From: Antedon mediterranea
Taxonomy: Eukaryota; Animalia; Echinodermata
DNA: 64,000 nucleotides
Direction: 5' to 3'
Assembly (NCBI RefSeq): GCF_964355755.1
Contig: NC_092677.1
Coordinates: 10,624,101-10,688,100, forward strand
The notes beneath the pieces are model-generated. The model ran no database searches. It saw only the letters and a list, made by a program, of their open reading frames with translations, and was not told the DNA's origin. Shown here piece after piece: positions 40,862 through 55,400 of this stretch (position 1 is the first letter of the stretch; each line of letters starts with the position of its first letter). The position numbers and the translations under genes were made by a program.

Positions 40862-41926
40862 TTGTAAATTTTAAATTAAGTTCGTGGTCAGTAAATTTAT
40901 TATAAACATTCCAAGAAATCCTGCCAGTTTTTGTTGGTCAGTGTTAGTATTTTGTAAAATTAATTTTAATTAAGTAATTTGAAATAATACTAGTAGTATT
41001 TTGATTAGCTAAACATCTTTGTAGTTCACTTTTTTGTAATTAAATTATTACTTATGTAATACTTTTTAAATACTAAGCCTAGTAGTAGTAGTCAATACAA
41101 TATAAGTAATATTAATTAATATTTTGTATTAATTAATATTAATATACAATTATAATTAATTACAAGTCTATAACCTCATCATTCAATTATTTAATTTACT
41201 AATTATTAATTAATAACTTATAACAAGTTCCTCTAATAGCGTTTTATTTATTTATTTATTCACATTATAATGGATAATAACAATTGAATGATAATAGTAA
41301 TCGATGATGGTCGATAGTAATCGATGGTAATCGATTAGAGTTTATTAAGTGCAGTATATCTATTTTTTATTATTTTAGGCAATTTATAATTTAAACGTGT
41401 CTGTCCATAATTGCTATTAAAACTTACTGTATTTTATGTTTAACAGTTAAATAAATTTTTGCGCTCTTTTAATGTTCGCGCTCCTTTAATGTTCGCGCTT
41501 GTTGATTGTAATAATTGTACAGTACTAATTACGTGCACTAAAAAAGAAGAGTTCTGCTAATATGATAACATTATTTGGAGCTCGAAAGAAGTATTCTATT
41601 ATTTATTCTATCAAGCAACAGCGAGACTAGGATGAGGCTATCGGCATGTCATCCGTGCGTGTAATTTAAGTTTTCAATTGGAACAGTCGACCATGATATC
41701 TCTGATCTTGTTTGTGATGACACCAACAATTCTACGCAGTTTACTGAAGTACAGATATTTTGTTGTCGATGTTTTTTACTTATATATCACTGTTGTACTT
41801 GTAGTTGTTTATTATTGTTATAAGTTTCATTTTATGGTTCTACTCTAAAATATTTAAAATCGTTATGTTATTCATTCATCAGTGTTTGTTAGTAGGTATA
41901 CTAATCTTAAATTGATTTTATATATG

Positions 41927-41994
41927 TGGTCAACTGGACCACGACGGTTTCACGACCGATCCAGGTCGTATCATCAAACCGAATGATTTGACCA
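41927..41994 (-). ncRNA. Degenerate type I hammerhead-ribozyme-like motif
   Basis: Minus strand reads GGTCAA-atcattcggt-TTGATGA-t-ACGACC-tggatc-GGTCGT-GAAA-CC-gtcgt-GG-TC-cag-TTGACC. Core C3 is replaced by T and proximal stem I is imperfect. Confidence 0.45.
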
Positions 41995-42818
41995 ATTTAC
42001 CAGGTTTATCGTTCTATCCTACCTGGATGAATGACAATAACCATACTCATCTTATTTATCATCAATATGTATGTAAATACAGTATATATTTTCTATAAAT
42101 GTTGAATCTGTTTATTATGCAATACTTAGCACTTACTACCTATCACCTTGAGCTAAAATAAAATGAAGGGTTACACCTAAATAGTCAAGTCTGTCGTCGT
42201 TATGGTTTTTTGTGTCCGCAATCTCGATCACAACACTCTCCAACACTTCGTGAGCAATTGTATTTATATTTTGAAGAATGTGCAAACTTATCACGAAACA
42301 TTTAATACTGAAAATTGTCTTGAAAATCACTTTTTCGGCTATTATAAAAAAAATACAAACTATTTATACATACATTATCCAGGTTTATGTTATATCCTGG
42401 CTTAATCTCTATCTTAAGAACGTAAACGAACCGCAAGCGTGTTGACCAATGACAAGCGACAGTTCGAATAATCCATCACTTGTGATTGGTCAACTCACTT
42501 ATGTTGCGTTACGTACTTGTGTTGCGTCTCTAGTGGGAACCAAGCATTAACGAAAAGATAATATTAAGATTAATACGTTTCTATTACGTCATGATATTAG
42601 TTATATTTAGTTACAAGAAGGTACTTGTCCTCTAATTATATTTCTGTAGAAAGCTATTACTCCTTCTTGCTGTGGGGTATAATTTTATGAGAAGTTTGTA
42701 CACGTCTTGATCAGGACGTTTTAAGTTCGTTAACACTTTAAAAGCACAGATGACCGCTTGTGAATTATATAAACTAATAATAATCGGTACTTCTTGATAC
42801 GTCTGACCGTCGGGGATG

Positions 42819-45800
42819 TCATGAAGCATATGACGTATTTGTGTGACCCTGAAAATTAAATAAAGAAAATAATCATTTGCATTGTGAACCAAATAAAGAT
42901 AGCATAACGATGGAGGCAAAAATAATTTTTTACCTCCATGGCATACCTAGCATGGCATTAACACAAACACAACAAACCACCCTGTCCTAAACAGAAACAA
43001 AATCTGGAAGGCGTATGTTGAAAGAAAACGTTATAATTCTAGAAAAAAATATTAAAATTAAGCTGGTGGTGTGACGTTTTAGAAAAAGAGGATATATAGG
43101 CCTACACATGGTTGTCTCATTACATCGTTTTATTGTGCATCGGAAACGCATACAATGATCAGTAAGGCAGGCATCAATAATTAGTATAAAAAGCATAACA
43201 GGTACCTACCACAAGAACGACTTTGAAATGGCCCTGTGTCCCGTCCCCAGACGATCTCATACTTTGTACTGATTGCATGTCTGAGTTACCGCTATATTTC
43301 CTGTGAACTGATATGAAACGGTTAGGATTGTGTACGGACTCAAACTTGACGTACATACCATCAACGAAGTGTACTTTAAAGCGGCATTTTGGATCTCCTT
43401 TACCCTGTAAGAAAATAGTAACGAATAAAGTAGACATAACATTCCTACTTGTATACGAATTTAAGACAAACCAGAGACAAAAATATACCCCTCCTTGACC
43501 CTCAACCACCGGCTAAAGAGGAGGGATTCCGCCTCTGCCGCGCCAACGGAAAACTATGTTCACCTGTTTTGGAACTGAGAACGCGCACCCCACTTCCTAA
43601 CCAGCGTACACCTTAAAAACACTGCCATCATCACATTTATTGTCGTCACCGCCATAGGGCTTCTGTTCGAAAAGAAGCCCACTTAAGAGTACTAAAAAAC
43701 GAATAAGCCCATGCGCTTCTTTTCGAGGTTTTACGGTATCTTTGTCAATCGTATCATCCCTTTGATGTCAGTACGCAAATAGTAGACTGAACATCATGTT
43801 TTGTTAGACCTACTTACATCAGCATAAAGTGTACCACTGCGTAGGACTAATATGTGCAGAGGATTTGCAACAGATCTTAAGGTCACGTGCTCATCAAATA
43901 TCTGTACAACAAATTGAGCTGCAAGAAACAATACAAGATAATTATCCAAAAAGTATTGGAAAAATGCTGATCAAAACACAGAAATGTATACGTAAACAAC
44001 ATGATTTGAAAATAGTGATTATAGGCTAACTATTTGCAGCAGCATTCATAACCACCAACCAACACCGTGTAGGCCTAATTGTTTACCTGATTTACACGAA
44101 TAAACTATAGCATACCATTTTTGTAATTTCAAAAATAAGAAAATAAGCAAAAAGTAAAAAGAAAATCGCACTAAATAACCGAGATGAGTTGAACACGGAC
44201 ACTTGCGTGATCTGACTATACCGAGTTTGAACAAATCAAGTATATGGTATCAAAGTGAAATGTGTCCAAGTAATACAAGGATACTCAGTATATATATTAA
44301 AAAGGCGCACGTCATGTTGAATACAATTCACCACTATTAATTGAACTGCATTACTCTGATTAAATGTCCATAATGGATTTGAGAGGACACAACTTTGATG
44401 TAGGCTAGGCCTAAACCACTATTTCTGCATTGTAACTAAACAGTTAACTAACACACTATTGATGTTTAACTTAATTGAGATGACATCATTTTGATGTAAA
44501 CCAGTTCAGTAAAGCACAGTTGGCAACCAATGTGTTTTGTCAACTAATGACCAAATAAATCATTAAAAACTTAATTAGGTAATTTAGTGATACACCGCCG
44601 CAGCTGAAAAATGTTATTAAATAAATTTAACGTCTTATTAATTGCTCAAATAGGAAATACAACATATTGAAATGATCAAGTCATTTATCGTCATAGCGAC
44701 GTCTGCTGAAGATGTGCAGTAGTTCTCAAAAGCGTGATCACGGATGACCCAAATACAAGAGCAAAATTATTGTAATCAATGCAATTGATGTTTTTCACGA
44801 AAAGGACAGCGCAGAAATCGTAAGGTAAAACAAGGAGACAATGCACGAAATTTAGACAAGAAAGTGTAATAAGTGCAGGAAAATGAATTTATCATTTAAG
44901 GATAAACCTCAAGACCACTTAATGTCCAATAAGAACTGACCGTACTGTTAAAACATAATTATATACTACCCATTTGTTCATTTCATGGGGAAATAGTCCC
45001 CTTTTTAGTGGTAGTGTTGTCCAATGAATAGGGACAATTGAATGAGAAACAGTATAACGGATCCGTAACAAATACATCACGCAAACGTTTCATCTCTACT
45101 TACATTGCTTTCCGTAAATCCCGTTAAAGTCTATTTTCCCTGTCAATGCGTTCACTCGTAAAAGACCCCCTGTCGTTCGAGACTCCAGTTGAATAATGTT
45201 ACCACTGTGAAATTCGGTTGCCTGGTAATAGTAAACAAGATCATAATTTTTTGTAATGTATGTCTAGGCGTATTAGAATAATGTAAAATTATGTGTTTGC
45301 AACACTGAAGTTACAAAGTCCAAAAACTCAACTGATATTAATGGTGTAGGAACAACATAATGATTCAAAATGTATACTTTTATTCTACAATTGGCTACGA
45401 CTCGACTCTATAGTTGTCAGTTGAATTGTACGATCCAAAACATAGGCAGGTCTCCCTCCAATTAAAGACCACTTTGGGGACCCAAGTTTGTGTGGTCTAT
45501 ATAGCGTTTGTCTCTAATTAGAATCCTTATTATTTATTTCTTATTTATTCAATTTTCTGCCATATACAATACAAAGAAGACAAAACAAATATAAAAGGCA
45601 AGGAAAGACCAACTAAAGGAGTCTTTAATTGGAAGGAGACCTGTACAGCAAAATGTAAAACTTACCATAACGCCAACAGCATGGAGGTTGAACCCACTAC
45701 TATGAACATACGAACCCTAAAGGAAATCAACGTTTAAACATTAATAAAAAAACACATTACTAAATCAATCTCAGTCGGCTCATCACAACCGGTTTGCTCG

Positions 45801-47284
45801 ACTACTAGTTCCAAACTAATTACTGTGTGTGAGTGCGAATAGATCTTTATATTGTGTGCAAGGTATCGATGGCAATAAACTCGGTAAATAGATGCTTCGT
45901 CATGCATTAGATCAAAGCAACGACTTAGTATAATTACTCTATTTACATAGAAAAGTACTGTTTTTGTTATAAGCCTTAGAGAAATGTACTTGGGTTTCAA
46001 ATATCGCACCCGAGGGTATCTCAGACCAGGCATAACTACAATATTAATGTAATTGCCTAAGGTAAAAGGAGCGACACTAGACCTACTAATAAAGGAAGAG
46101 GTGAGAGATGGAGTTAGTAAACATAAAAACGAATGTTAAGAGACGTTCAGGCCAAATAAAACGAAATTTGACCAATACCAGCGATATCTTTTCTCAGACA
46201 TATCAGAGCTAAACAACGGCATTGAAAAATGCATTTTCTCTGTCAAATAATTACTTGGACTTGGAGTCTGATTGTTACGTTATACGTTGTTTGTACGCGT
46301 ACGTACGTCAACTCTGGTTATACCACAATATGATATTGAATCTAGATACCATAACGATTATTCTAAAATCATATTGCAGATAAGAGAGGGCTTTAGTGGT
46401 GTACCCAATTATTCTGTATCGTGAATATGTGATACGTTACCATTATGTATCTTAGTAACCTAAGTCTATTATTTGTTTAGTTGAGTTTCGTGTTTATTCT
46501 TTTGTACGCCTAATAATACTATGTTCGTACATCATATAATCGTGTTGCTATGATATTTACAATTGCTGTTAACCTTCGTACAGATAGTAGGCCTAGACTC
46601 ATAATAGAGACGTGCACCTCTAAGACCAACAAAGTTATGTAGTTGTTATAAAAAGCTCTGTCATATTTATTGAAGGTGATCCATCCAGCAATTGCTGATC
46701 ATTAGGGAACCTCAGAGGAGGCTCACAAGACATATACACAGGATGATCTACATAAACAAAGTCTTATTACAAGTCTTTGGGAGTGGAGTCCTTAGAAAAG
46801 ATCCTGGGACTTGAACCCAGGACCACTGGAGTGGTAGCCAAGCATCATAATCATCAAGCCACAACTCCACTAAATAATTGTTGCTAGATGCTGAAACCCG
46901 GGAATGAACCAGGGACAATGAAATTGCAATGTTATGGAAACAGACATATACACTTGTCCTCAACCAATGAAATCTTTTTGCTTTTACTTAATTCTCAACT
47001 TGAGTACAATATTAGCCTTGCTGGTTATAAAGCGTGGTTCCCACTAGCGACGCAGCACAGGGACGTAACGCAACGCAAGTGAATTGACCAATCACAAGCG
47101 ATGGCTTATTCGCTTGTGATTGCTAACTGTCTATAACTTCGCTTGTCATTGGTTAAAACGCTTGCGTTGCGTTTACGTCCTTGCGTTACGTTCTAGTGGG
47201 AACCAAGCTAACGTATTCACATACGGTTACCTTAATGTTCTTTGCCTGCATTGTCGATGGTGCCCATCCGTACAGTGTATCCAT
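42819..47284 (-). CDS. Uncharacterised ~180-aa protein with a single beta-trefoil-like (fascin/FGF/IL-1-type) domain
   Basis: Canonical GT-AG exons 47231-47284, 45666-45716, 45104-45221, 43818-43918, 43210-43404, 42819-42848 are phase-compatible. Three ~42-aa pseudo-repeats: GNIIQLESRTTGGLLRVN / EHVTLRSVANPLHILVLR / MYVKFESVHNPNRFISVH. Start codon uncertain; probable upstream exons at 47461-47471 and ~48455. Confidence 0.72.
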
Positions 47285-49074
47285 CCATAACTACAAAACA
47301 AACATTTTAAAAATAAATAAGGTCATCAAAGTTATCAATCAATACAAATAAAAATGTGTTTTTTTTCATATTAACTTACATCAAACTCCATTTTTTAAGT
47401 AGTGCCGTGAAACTATCTTGAAGAGAAATAAATGATATCAAAATTGATCTCACAGCTTACGCATTTGGAACCTATAGCAAAGACAAAATACAAAATCATT
47501 AATCTCGATTGATCAATAGGCCTACATTAAGAAGTTCCCATTTCTGTCCTGATCAAATAATGTTAGTTAAAAAAACTTCAAAATAAATAACATGCATACT
47601 ACAGCAGTACTTGTTGCTTTCATGAGCACGTTCTTTATTGTGTTAATGTTTTCTCTAGTTATGTAAACGTTTAATGTATTGAATCGCACAGTAGTATCAT
47701 ACCTATGCATGTTATGAGAGTTGATCAAAAGGGCAAACTTAATGAATATAATCATACACTTGACCCTAGAACTGTAGAATCATTAACTATCCATAAACTA
47801 TACTATATTAATCTTTGATAAGAACCATAAACTTGTATAACTATTATTGGTCTAGGTCTTATGTAGAACCAGAAGAAGTTTTTTTTTTCGGAATTTGAAC
47901 AGAAATAAAATATGCATCATAAAGGAAGAATGCATTCCAACGTAGTAGCACTAATCGTCCATGGTTTTGTTAATTTAGACCTACTAATCAAGGACCTAAA
48001 TTAGAGTCATGTTTGTTTGTAATATTTATTGCTATCCATAATATACACATTAATATATAAATTTGAAATTAACAAAACCATACAGAAACTAAATAATAAT
48101 ACATGTATGGTATAGCAGAGGATAACCCTTTAAGCTGGGAAGCTTGTGCTATATTATAATTATAAGTGCAGATACACTGCTGATGAAATAAACACTGGCA
48201 TCGTAAACTATGTACCATAAAAATGAACCACGATTTATATTTGTAACATTATAATACTCATGGCACTATCTGGGACGCATTGCGTCCGGAGACTTTGGTA
48301 GGTGATATTAACATATTCTAAATATTAATTATGTGGGGAGTAATTTTATGTAATTGTATGTTCTATACTACTATAGGCCTAATGTTCCAAATACTAACAT
48401 TATCTTACCACCAGGTAGTGAAGCTCGTAGGGTTTTTATAACAACAAAACATACCTCCCGCATTGCGTTCTAGACCCTCTCCTAGCAACGAGGTGCAAAG
48501 GCGGAACCAGAAACCAAAATGCATAATATAAAAATGTCGGAATATTGAATGTTTAAACTCAATAGTGATAACACTAAGTTACACTTTGACAAAAGTAAAT
48601 TAAGATGAAAATAACTTACCACTCCTAAGAAATATTTATTTGGTGTTCAAAGTAAATTCAACTCTCTTCTTACAAGTGATAATATACATCGATCAATGAC
48701 TACTGTCCTTGTGTTGATCACATCAGCAGGCAAGCCTCTATTGTTGTGTACTACAACTAGGATATGTTTTTGTTTGCTTGCAAACAATGCACATGGTAGC
48801 GGGATTGTGTTTCGGACAATGATGTGCCAATTCAAAGGGTCAGTTCAATTATACTGACCACTAGATATATAACGATTATCAGCGGGTAATGATATAGAGA
48901 TAAGAACTGTTGACCCTGGTTCTTGATGTCTATCTCTAGTGACAGATTGTTACGTATGCAGTGTGTTCCTAGAAAGGGGAGGGGTTGGAAAAGGGGACGA
49001 GGGCTTGTTTTAAAATAACATATACCATACATCTTTTAAATGTAACCCTGGGTTATTCAATTCAATTCAATTCA

Positions 49075-50885
49075 CATTTATTTACTCATCGTTTATAAAT
49101 ACAGTTTCATAGCATAAATGATGGCAAGGATCCTGCATAGAGAAGTTTACACTTCTGTTTTCGCAGGACCCTTTTACATAAAAAACATTAAACAATAAAC
49201 ACAACATAATAGATACAAAATAAGTGTTTTTCTAACATGATTATTTATACATTTTTTCTTAAAAAAGAAGATATTCAGTTTATTACTTCCAGTGGATTCT
49301 TTCTATATATATTATAGCAAAAGTATGAATACATATAAAATAAAACAGGCTATGTGTGTATACTCGCACACACCAACACAACGCATAATATATTCATATA
49401 TATTTTATGAGTGAAGCATTTTAGGTTCTGTAATTCGATAAAATGTCTCTTTTTACATATTTTTTTAGTATTTTATAATTTTTGTTAACAATAAGTGATT
49501 TCTACAGAGCTCATTCCATAGTTTCGGTCCGTGTATACTGATAAAATGTTGACCAGACGTTAACCTAGAGTATGATTGTTTTACGCTACAAATATTTCGA
49601 AGATTATGGGTAGTATTTTCGTTTCTTTTGAATATCATTTGGATTCGTCTGCAGGCCCGTAGCCAGGGGGGGTTTTTATGGTTCGGGCGAACCCCCCCTT
49701 TACAGCGAACCCCCCTTAACCGACTGCGAACCCCCATCCCCGACATGCCCAATACCTCACCCTCATCTCCAAAAATCCTCCAAATACGTGCCCCACAGTA
49801 CAAAAAGTTGTTTGTAAATTGAAAAATTCGTAAACTTGTTCGTGAACCTTCTTCTCTGTATGAGCGTCAACTAGCGATACGTGTCTGTAAATTTCTAAAA
49901 GCTGCAAATGAATTGCCGATTTTAACCTGAAAAATAAATGTTTGGTTCCTGCATGTAACATGATATAGACGCGTCTCATAGCGAACTGGGGCACGAACGA
50001 TTCGTACAAAGGACACCGCCAGACAACTGCGTACCTATAATTGTTTAGATCACTGGCAGTCAGGCAGCATGCATAAAGTAGCCTTCCGACGTACATCAGT
50101 ATTTTATGTGTGACTATGAAGTATAATGTATCATAGAGGATTATAGTGAATATTAATATTTTACACTATAATATCTATGGTATCAAGTACTGTAGTTCAC
50201 ATTATGGCATCCGATTATTTTTTTCTAGACCACCAGCCGATACGTACTAAAATGTATCAATATCACCTATTTAAATATTTATATTCCTCAACAAATTGCT
50301 GTAAATAAATATTATAGATAGAGCTAGCAAATAGCATTTGCCTTCAACCAGTGTGCTTTTTTCGGGGCTGCTCCTAGATGTACGTTCGCATTGAACTTGA
50401 ACGCAAAACAAAATACGGAGTAAATGATCAAACAATCGGCGGTTCCGCACAGAGCACGCGCATCTAACATACGGCAACAAATAGTTATCGTCCTTTAAAT
50501 TATCGACGTGTTTGAGAAGGAGGAAAAAAGTACGATCTTTTTACTCATTGGTAGCATGCTGCACGAGATTGTCATTTCCGGCCATCTAGGGGTGTCATTT
50601 AACAAAATTCGCTTCGCATCAGGCCCCACCCCCAGGGGGTTGACCCAAATATTTAGTGTCCGAACCCCCCCTTGACAGATCCTGGCTACGGCCCTGGTCT
50701 GGGTAAAACATTACTTTTAATCTGGGCCATGAAACATAGGACGGTAACTCTGTTGATATCTTGTATGTTAAGTATATTTAATTGCTTAAACAGTGGCTCA
50801 GAATATTGCCATGGCTTTTTAAATAAAATAATTCTAGCAGCCTTTTTCTGAAGTTTAAGAAGGGATTCTATTATCCTTTGATTGT
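49075..50885 (-). mobile_element. CR1/L2-type LINE 3' fragment split by a DNA transposon
   Basis: Minus-strand translation LLKLQKKAARIIL...SEPLFKQLNILNIQDINRVTVLCFM...|RRIQMIF...HNLRN...ISIHGPKLWNEL is a typical ORF2 C-terminus; (TTGAA)n tail near 49060. Confidence 0.75.
49652..50696. mobile_element. 1045-bp non-autonomous DNA transposon with 5-bp TSD
   Basis: TIRs caggcccgtagccagg/cctggctacggccctg; GTCTG duplicated at 49647-49651 and 50697-50701; subterminal cgaaccccc repeats. Confidence 0.85.
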
Positions 50886-52239
50886 TTTTTAGGGTGGGTT
50901 ACTATTAGAAGGGGTTACTATTAGAGTAGTAGGTTACTATTACTAATCTTAAATTATAGGCACCTGAAAATAGTAACCCACCCAAATTTTCCGGTCAGCA
51001 ACTCATAGTAAAATAATAAAACAGTACGGGTACGAATAAACAAATTTTATAAACTCAAAAACACTTAATCCTCCCCCACTCCCGAGATCAACATGATTAT
51101 CTCTTTATTTTCAAAAAACGTCAAAAGTTTTTGTGACATAATAACACTATTTGTTCTAGACTTAGTGAGTTATTATTATAGATTGACTTATAAGGTGGGT
51201 TACTATTTGAAGTGGATTACTATTAGAATGTGGGTTATTTCCGTATTGTCTCTACGACTTGGTCCCTATGGGGGCAACGCGGGACGTAAACTAAACGAGT
51301 AATTTAACCAATAACCGAATAGCTTGTGTGATTGGTCAACTCACTTGCGTTGCGCCAAAGAAAGAACTGTGTTATAAGTTCTTTGGTTGCGCTCACACCC
51401 TCGTGGGAAAACCAAGCTATAATGAATAGTCGGAATAACTATGCTATGGTGTAAATGATTTGTAAAGAAACTTGCAACATACATATGTAGGCAAAGGGTA
51501 TGCGTTGTTATTTCCATCACATGGCTTAAAAGTCTTTAGGGCACAATATTGTTTTACAACCGAGCATTACAGTGTACTGGAGCATTTGGAATATAAACGA
51601 CATTAATTAAACATAGCATATAATTATGATCTTTTTTCTAAAAAATACTTTAATTCCACAATTTACAAATAAATAAAAGTACTGTACGGTCAAAACATAT
51701 GGCACAGCGACTCATTTACACAATTCTTTTAAAATAACACAAAAACACAAATGTAAAATGTACCCAATTTAAAGTCAACAGTATATTCACAAAAACGTAA
51801 GTACAAATACTATTATACCTAATTTTCATAGAATTATACAGTACACCTAAAGCACCTACAAATTACAAGAACACAAATATGGACTACTTTTTTAAAATAT
51901 GCCGAATTCGTTTTTATAATGTCAATAAAACTATAAAAACTAACAAACAAATGTTATGGACATATAACTACAGTTTTCTGCAGTTATTCGATTTTATATT
52001 GTATAAAATGCTAAAATTATCTTTTATGTAACTATTTTAAGACTAATGTTAAAATATGCATGAACAATTTGTTATAACATTAATATTTATATATATGGTT
52101 ATTGTAATTGTTCTAAAAATCTTATTTATTTTAAAATATGCCTACACTATTCAATTTGTATACATTTCATTAAAAAGTACAGAATCTGAATTATTATTTA
52201 AAAAAATTGTTTTTCTCTCTTAACAGCACACATTTGATT

Positions 52240-52452
52240 TTGGATCTGTTACTGGGGCGCACTTTTATCAACTCTGCCTAGATCCTATTTATTGGATCTG
52301 TTGGAGCGCTCTTTTATAAACTCCTCCTAGATCCTATTTATTGAATCTATTACTGGGGCGCCGTTTTAAAAACTCCTCCTAGACCCTCTTATTGAATCTG
52401 TTACTAGGGCGCCGTTTTATTAACTCTTCCTAGATCCTATTTATTGGATCTG
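52240..52452. repeat. ~52-bp tandem repeat x4 in a 3' UTR
   Basis: ggatctgttactggggcgc...cctagatcctatttatt repeated directly after the stop codon of the C2H2-motif gene. Confidence 0.85.
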
Positions 52453-52462
52453 CTACAGCTTG

Positions 52463-55400
52463 TCATCTCCTAGGCCCTATTGAAGTGTATCTATTGCGTA
52501 TTTCAGATCCCATAGGAGCAGTATAACGTTGACGGCTTTTTTTCTCAGAAAATTCATCGTTGTCTTTTATAAAAGATTCATCGGTGCTGGAACGAAAAGA
52601 ACATTTATCAACAAAATATTTTTAACAGAAAAAGAATACTACCTAATACTCTGATACTAATTTGTGAAAATGATAATGATGATCACACTTATTAAATTAT
52701 GATGATATAACACAAAAGTAATATGATGATAATTTAGCTAAGGAGTTGCTTTGGGTCAGGCAACTAAGTTAATTGGTCAGAGATGTTTTGCCCTACTCTG
52801 TCAGTCTGCTTAGAACACTGTGCCAAAAAAGCCACTTTACTGGCATTCATTCCTTTAAACCATTCTTGCTAGGATTAGATTTAAGTCCTAGGAAGCAGGA
52901 AAGTTTTCTCAGTGTACTGAGCATAATGACGTTAGAATAACATGTACTACTTACAAGAAATGGATAATAGCCACTGTATAATAAAGCACCAAAGCTGTGC
53001 CTAGCACGACAATTAAAATGATATAAACAGAGCTGCTGTATATAGATTCCTGAAAAGAAAATTAATTCATGTATGGACGTACAAACACTGGCTTAGTACT
53101 TATATTAGTACATTCACTCTTAAGCTCTTTCTACACTATCAATTTATGAGACCAAAAAAATGTGATGTGCCTATATATGGACATGATGATGTCACATCAC
53201 TATCATATTTGGGAATATCACTACCATTATTTGGGCACATCACACTTTTTTTTGTTTAACTAGTTTGATAGTGTAGACAGAGCTTAAGGCTGGCAGAAAA
53301 TATTTGGATTTATATGCAGATCCAGATATACCTTGACCCTTACTCATTGAAAAGTGGTAACTAAAAATTCAATTCATTAATTCTATTATTCTACACTTGG
53401 AAATTTGTTTGGTCGTGATATACAAATATCAATAAAATGTTAAAATACACAAGCGGTTACAAAAAGCAATAATTATATGCTGGTAAGCTCTGGACGATGG
53501 AGGCATCTGTACCAGTATTTTAAGGGCTATAATGTATATATAACTTACCTCTTGGTTATCAGCATCATAAAACTTGTCACACGTCAACGAAGAACAAGTA
53601 CTGTCAATTAGTTTAGCTACAAAGTGAACAAGAAAACTTACACGTGTTATATTCAGTAAGCAGAGAGTTATTATTATTATTTTCACATATTTACTTTATT
53701 AAATTTATTTAATTCATACATATTTAAAAAGAAAATGAATAAATATGATGGTGATGAAAAAAACAACTTACAAATAAAATCGAACCTTTCATTTTCTTTT
53801 ATTTGATCAGGACAACAACTTGTTACTTGTTTCTGAAATAAAACATACAACTGTGTCATAAAAATCAGTACCATATTTGGGTATATCAAACTTTTTTGTC
53901 AAACTAGTTTGATAGTGTAACTTAAGACTAATAGATTATGCAGTTTTCTAGTTTTACTGAATGACTGTAAAGCTCTGTCTACACTAACAAACTATGTGAC
54001 AAAAAATGTGATGTGTCCATATATGGACATGATGTTGTCATCACTACCATATTTGGGAACATCACACTTTTTTTGTCAAACTAGTTTGATAGTGTAGACA
54101 GAGCTTAGACTCAATAACTGTGAGTCCAATTGTGTGTCATGAAAACAAAAGGTCAATCATTTTTGTATATCATATTTTTGTGTATCATAATAAATCATAA
54201 TCTTAAATCATAACATAAATCAGTAGCCTACCTCACACGTCTCCATGAGCTGTTTCAGTCGCGCTTCATTGCACAAAGCTTCGTCCCAGTAACTTGTCCT
54301 TTTGTCACCTGATAAAATATCACATCGGAGAATGTCACAGGAATCAGCTAAGCATATTGGATCACTTGGCTATAAAAGTATTTTAATATTAGATGGTTGT
54401 GAATCAAAATGGAAGTTAAAAATCAAATGGTGAGTTTACACGCCTTATATATGATTGGATCATTTGCATGATACATCTAGTTACTTTATGGCTCAGGGTG
54501 GGATTAAATACGAGGACCAACTGGATTATCTTGCATGAAAATCAAGTGGTTTAGTTTACACGCCTTATATATGATTGGATCATTTGCATGATACATCTAG
54601 TGAAATTATGGCTCAGGGTGGGATTATATATGAGGACCACTATTTTGCACAACAAATTACTACTTAAAATCTAGTGATGAGTTTATGCCCCAGGGTGGGA
54701 TTATATACGAGGACCACTTGGATTATTTTGGATGACAATTACTACTAAATACCTAGTGGTGGGTTTATGCCCAGGGTGGGATTATATACGAGGACCACTT
54801 GGATTATTTTGGATGACAATTACTACTAAATACCTAGTGGTGAGTTCATGCCACAGGGTGGGATTATATTCGAGCAAGTATAAAATGAATAAAAACAGGC
54901 TTTAGTACATTCAACAGATGATCTTGGTGTCTGTTTGTCATGTGTAAATCTATATGATACTCTGACACAAATATCTTGCCACAAATATTGCACACCCATC
55001 GGCCTAATTCATCAGTTTCTTTGTTCTGCTCCTGCATCAAATAAATATCATGTTTCAGATTCCACTGGCACTTGTCTGGAACTGTATAGCCGTGTGTTTG
55101 GAATGTAGGAAAGAAATTCTAGAAAAAAGAATATTTACAAAATTTAACTACGCCTATTATTGAGTACCTTTTTGTCAACAATTATAATTAAATTTGATAT
55201 TTGTAACACAAACATTTCTTAAAATAATAACTTTAAATAAATTTGTATTTGTTTTTATATTTTAAATAATTATATTAAATAATTTATTTTTAAATAATCT
55301 CATTCAGTGAGGATTTTAATCATTGTCGTTTAAGAAATTTAAAAAATGTAAAAATGTGAAACCTTTTCTAAAGTTTTTCTTGCTGTTCTAGATTTGTGTC

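Noticed and set aside
42632-42919. 95-aa minus-strand ORF as the last exon of the beta-trefoil gene
   Set aside because: Splice phase from the preceding exon selects a different frame (GHTNTSYAS*), so this ORF is mostly 3' UTR.
43490-43620. GC-rich segment with plausible splice sites as an extra exon
   Set aside because: Stops or phase mismatch in the frames tested; exon 43818-43918 already joins the flanking exons in frame.
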